A program made the translations under genes and the position numbers. Positions 53,639 through 56,751 of a DNA stretch of 56,751 nucleotides are shown in pieces. How positions within the stretch are numbered: the stretch's first letter is position 1; each line of letters starts with the position of its first letter. This stretch comes from a virus. Lineage: Duplodnaviria; Caudoviricetes. Under the pieces are notes generated by a model that was given only the letters and a program-made list of their open reading frames with translations, searched no databases and was not told where the DNA came from. Where the stretch lies: positions 1 to 56,751 of the IMG/VR virus record IMGVR_UViG_3300023174_000197. One strand, 5' to 3'.

Positions 53639-53933
53639 AAATTTTAAGTTTTCGAGATGGTGCGCTTTCCCATCCAAACATTTCTGCGATTTCTGCACGA
53701 TAATCATCTGGACCAGCAATTGCTGATTTTAATAATTCAAGACCATTACATGCTGCACTTCCACCACATCCTGCACCACAAATGCATATTGCTGCACCTC
53801 CTGCACCACGATGTTGTTTTGAACATGCAATAAACAATGCAGAAATATTTGATTGCATTCGATTGATACATTTGTCGCACCATCGAAATCTAATGGAGGT
53901 TACTTCACCTCCACAATAGCATTGTTTATTCAT
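53622..53933 (-). CDS. Cys/Gly-rich hypothetical protein
   Basis: CYCGG...WCDKC; ATGA overlap. Confidence 0.55.
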   Translation of the reverse strand: MNKQCYCGGEVTSIRFRWCDKCINRMQSNISALFIACSKQHRGAGGAAICICGAGCGGSAACNGLELLKSAIAGPDDYRAEIAEMFGWESAPSRKLKIYDNKL

Positions 53934-54394
53934 TGATTTAAAAGTTCTTTATTTTCAAAGATGTTGCCAATAATTTCCATAGATGGGATAGGAACTAATG
54001 GAGTTGATCCACTCTCAGTCCCATCAAAATGAAGAAGTACCCAACCATAACTCTCCCATGCAACTAAGTCAACCCAAGTAATGTCAGGTTTGTTAAAATA
54101 GTATTTAACAATATCGCCTTCGTAAATTTCTTTTCCATTTTTATCTTTCAAGCCTGTGTATTGCTGGATGACGTATCTAGGCTTTCTAAAGAATTTTCCA
54201 TAACGGATGCAATCAGCAGCAGGAGAGGCTGTAAAAGTGTCTCCATGATCACCATCAATTGTTCCGACATAATCAACAAGATTGCCTGTAAATGGGCAAA
54301 TTGTCCAATTGCTGTAGCAATGCAGACTGCTACTATTTTCAAGCCAATGACAGTATTGCTTGTCCCAGATTCGGAATTTTAATTGTCTATTCAT
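53930..54394 (-). CDS. YopX family protein
   Basis: KFR.WDK...QYTGLKDKNGKEIYEGDIV...EIIGNIFEN.ELL. Confidence 0.9.
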   Translation of the reverse strand: MNRQLKFRIWDKQYCHWLENSSSLHCYSNWTICPFTGNLVDYVGTIDGDHGDTFTASPAADCIRYGKFFRKPRYVIQQYTGLKDKNGKEIYEGDIVKYYFNKPDITWVDLVAWESYGWVLLHFDGTESGSTPLVPIPSMEIIGNIFENKELLNQ

Positions 54395-54493
54395 TTGTTT
54401 TAATTATTGAACCAAATATAAACTAAACCCAAGATCAATAAAATCCACACTATAACAGTTGGCCAGCCATCCATCACTTCATTATTTGGATCA

Positions 54494-54781
54494 TTATATC
54501 TGCTCATTTGTTTCCTCCTTTAACGGCCATTCAAACATTGAGCGGTGAAAGAAATGATCACCTTCAATTTCCTCTAACCATACAGCGCACCAGCTACTGT
54601 AAACTTCGCACTTGCGAACTGTATAAGTTTCACCAACCTTCAAGTTGTCTTTGGCGAATTGAATGACATTGGTGAAGTGTGGATAAAACATTCCTTCAGC
54701 ACTTTTGAAGCGAACTTTGTCACCAACGTTAGGCCATTTGCTATCTTGCAAATGCTTGAAGAATTCTAGGTTTTTATTCAT
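54494..54781 (-). CDS. hypothetical protein
   Basis: L.VG..YTV...EV.S...V.LEE..G...F...MF. Confidence 0.7.
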   Translation of the reverse strand: MNKNLEFFKHLQDSKWPNVGDKVRFKSAEGMFYPHFTNVIQFAKDNLKVGETYTVRKCEVYSSWCAVWLEEIEGDHFFHRSMFEWPLKEETNEQI

Positions 54782-54782
54782 A

Positions 54783-55112
54783 TTATTTGTCTCTCCAATG
54801 CTTATTTGGAATACCTCTTTTGTCTGCTACATATTGTAAAACGCCATTGCAGTCACTTTTACTTTGCCTATACATTTCAAATAGCTTCGGAATATCTTTG
54901 TGCGGAACTCCTTCTGCGTCAGCAGCAGGTGCAAAGTAATCATTGATGTTGATGTAAAGATTTACTGTGCCATTGCCATTATCATTGCCAGAAAACAAGA
55001 TACCTTCATCCAAGAGAAATGCCAGCATATCTTCTTCGTTTGGCACTTTTTCACCAGCAATTTCAAAGTAGTAATTGCGTTCGATTGTGACTGTTTCTGA
55101 ATATTCTAACAT
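54783..55112 (-). CDS. hypothetical protein
   Basis: IND.F..AADAE motif. Confidence 0.7.
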   Translation of the reverse strand: MLEYSETVTIERNYYFEIAGEKVPNEEDMLAFLLDEGILFSGNDNGNGTVNLYININDYFAPAADAEGVPHKDIPKLFEMYRQSKSDCNGVLQYVADKRGIPNKHWRDK

Positions 55113-55618
55113 GGTTTATTACTATAGAGTTTATCCCACAATTTGTCAACTTCATTTAGGGTTTCTTTGGCGTAGTCGCCAATTTTACCACCGCCACATT
55201 CTTCAGCAATGATTTTCAAAGCATTAAACATTACTTCCCACTGATCTTGGAAGCAATTATAATCTTTTAAATTTATTTCTCCGTACTTACAAACCACTGC
55301 TTCGCAGTTAATAGGAGGGCAGCAACCTGTCTCTCCGCAGCTATCGCATTTTCCGCAGTAGTCGTTTTCAGAATCAATTTGGTCTTGAATATCTGGGCTA
55401 TAATTTGCGTTCATTTTTTCATCATCACTAAACTCTGCAATGATTTCTTGGTGAATAAAATAACAAATTTCAGTTGTGCCAGGAATTCTGAAACCATAGA
55501 CTGTTTCTTCATCCATAATGTCTGTTCGACCTGTACAAATACCTTCCCCTTCATATTTGTTATAGTCGTATGGACCTTGACAGTAGATCATGTATTTTTT
55601 ATCTTTGATTGGAATCAT
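55106..55618 (-). CDS. Cys-rich hypothetical protein
   Basis: Start MIPIK; YC..C..CGE.GCC motif. Confidence 0.65.
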   Translation of the reverse strand: MIPIKDKKYMIYCQGPYDYNKYEGEGICTGRTDIMDEETVYGFRIPGTTEICYFIHQEIIAEFSDDEKMNANYSPDIQDQIDSENDYCGKCDSCGETGCCPPINCEAVVCKYGEINLKDYNCFQDQWEVMFNALKIIAEECGGGKIGDYAKETLNEVDKLWDKLYSNKPC

Positions 55619-55619
55619 A

Positions 55620-56228
55620 TTATTGTTTAGTTGACTTGTAATTATTGTATGGACTTTCTCCACATACCTTTGGTGACAAAGTTCTGAACCAGCCACCATT
55701 GGAGCATAGTTCACCCTTTTCACCGCTCACTTCGCAAGTCTTGCTGCAAAGATAACTTGCAAAAGTAACCATGCCATCAACTTTATCATTACCACCTGTA
55801 TAGTAAAACCTCAGACCACCAAATTTCTCCTTGATCTGATCAATCTTTACTGCTGGCGCATAAACTCTGTTAAACCCAACATATTTGCAATAGCGCTCTC
55901 TAAACTTGTCTGCAAATGTAAAATATGGTTTAGAATACTTCCACTTGTTATATTTTGGGAATATCTTGGCAAACTGTTTATGAATCCAGTCAAGTAATTT
56001 GTAACACCCAAACCAGAAGTAGTATTTTTTGCTTGTGATTACTCTCTCTGAGTGGTATGTACCTTTTACATAATTTGTGATAGCACCACACAACTCATCG
56101 ATGATGGTCTCCCATCCTTCAGGCACCCATGCACCACAAGGACATTCCAAACTTCCATCCTCTTTCTTGTAAAAGAGGTCTGGGTACTTCTCCATGAGAT
56201 ATTGTTCAAAGTTTTCCATGTTATTCAT
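55620..56228 (-). CDS. phage hypothetical protein (QIKEKFGGLRFY motif)
   Basis: GW..II..L, QIKEKFGGLRFY, S.TCEV.G..G. Confidence 0.75.
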   Translation of the reverse strand: MNNMENFEQYLMEKYPDLFYKKEDGSLECPCGAWVPEGWETIIDELCGAITNYVKGTYHSERVITSKKYYFWFGCYKLLDWIHKQFAKIFPKYNKWKYSKPYFTFADKFRERYCKYVGFNRVYAPAVKIDQIKEKFGGLRFYYTGGNDKVDGMVTFASYLCSKTCEVSGEKGELCSNGGWFRTLSPKVCGESPYNNYKSTKQ

Positions 56229-56433
56229 TGTTATATTCTATACCATCATTGTACAGAAGTTTGGTCTCTAGTTTGATTGCATAGTCATCACTACCATCTG
56301 GCATAAACCAACAATGGTCCCCACATGCTGATGCATTGGTGCTTATAACACCAGTTTGACCATAGTTTACGCGTTCTAATCCTCGTGCGAAGCATGCGCC
56401 ACGCGTGGTATAATAGTTTGTATTGTTATTCAT
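56221..56433 (-). CDS. hypothetical protein
   Basis: Start MNNNT. Confidence 0.5.
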   Translation of the reverse strand: MNNNTNYYTTRGACFARGLERVNYGQTGVISTNASACGDHCWFMPDGSDDYAIKLETKLLYNDGIEYNNE

Positions 56434-56751
56434 TGTAATGGTAGAGGTAATGTTCGTCGATGTTGATGCATCTAAATTTAGTATCTTCATATGTATAGAC
56501 ATCACTGCAATGGAAATGTCCATAAATCCAATGTTTGGGCTTTGTCCTTTCGTACAAATAATCCAGCTGCTGACTCTCATCAATGAGATCGTTTTTTAGA
56601 GTTGGATCTTGATCACACCAATATTGAATGTTGTCAAAGCCTTTGAATGCACCACACACTCCAGGACGAGTATGTGTCACAACCAAGTCATATTGGCGAT
56701 CTTTGTAAGGAAATTGATCTTCTAGCTTGAGGTTAAAGTCTTCATCACTCC
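56426..56751 (-). CDS. metallophosphoesterase (C-terminal part, runs off right edge)
   Basis: Frame open to the edge; VVTH..P and W.YGHFH motifs. Confidence 0.75.
   Translation of the reverse strand, partial: SDEDFNLKLEDQFPYKDRQYDLVVTHTRPGVCGAFKGFDNIQYWCDQDPTLKNDLIDESQQLDYLYERTKPKHWIYGHFHCSDVYTYEDTKFRCINIDEHYLYHYNE

Overview
A 56.7-kb fragment of a large T4-like (Caudoviricetes) phage genome, AT-rich, standard code 11, coded mostly on the - strand. A partial DUF1501 gene hints at a Planctomycetota/Verrucomicrobiota host (inference). Recognisable genes: T4-type terminase large subunit, GH24 lysozyme-domain protein, RadA/Sms-like ATPase, an RNA ligase fractured by a naturally split intein with a Vsr-like homing endonuclease between the halves, a second (T4 RnlA-type) RNA ligase, DNA ligase, two metallophosphoesterases, a HAD phosphatase, a putative nucleotidyltransferase, a NARP1-like NAD+ reconstitution pair (PRS-like plus NAMPT-like) with an extra NDT-like gene between them, an HNH endonuclease, tail-fibre-like proteins, one tRNA(CAT) and a tRNA-like RNA with an expanded anticodon domain. 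The least explained features are: (i) about 45 tandem, highly divergent 55-90 aa microproteins with a helical-hairpin-like pattern across 5.3-20.2 kb; (ii) a recurring layout in which both late (TAAATA) and sigma70-like promoters sit 5-6 nt before the start codon, implying leaderless mRNAs; (iii) hairpins that hide the homing-endonuclease start codons; (iv) strong CpG depletion with TGCA excess. All calls come from reading motifs by eye; no searches were run. Several starts were moved from the ORF track to the codon following the promoter motif.
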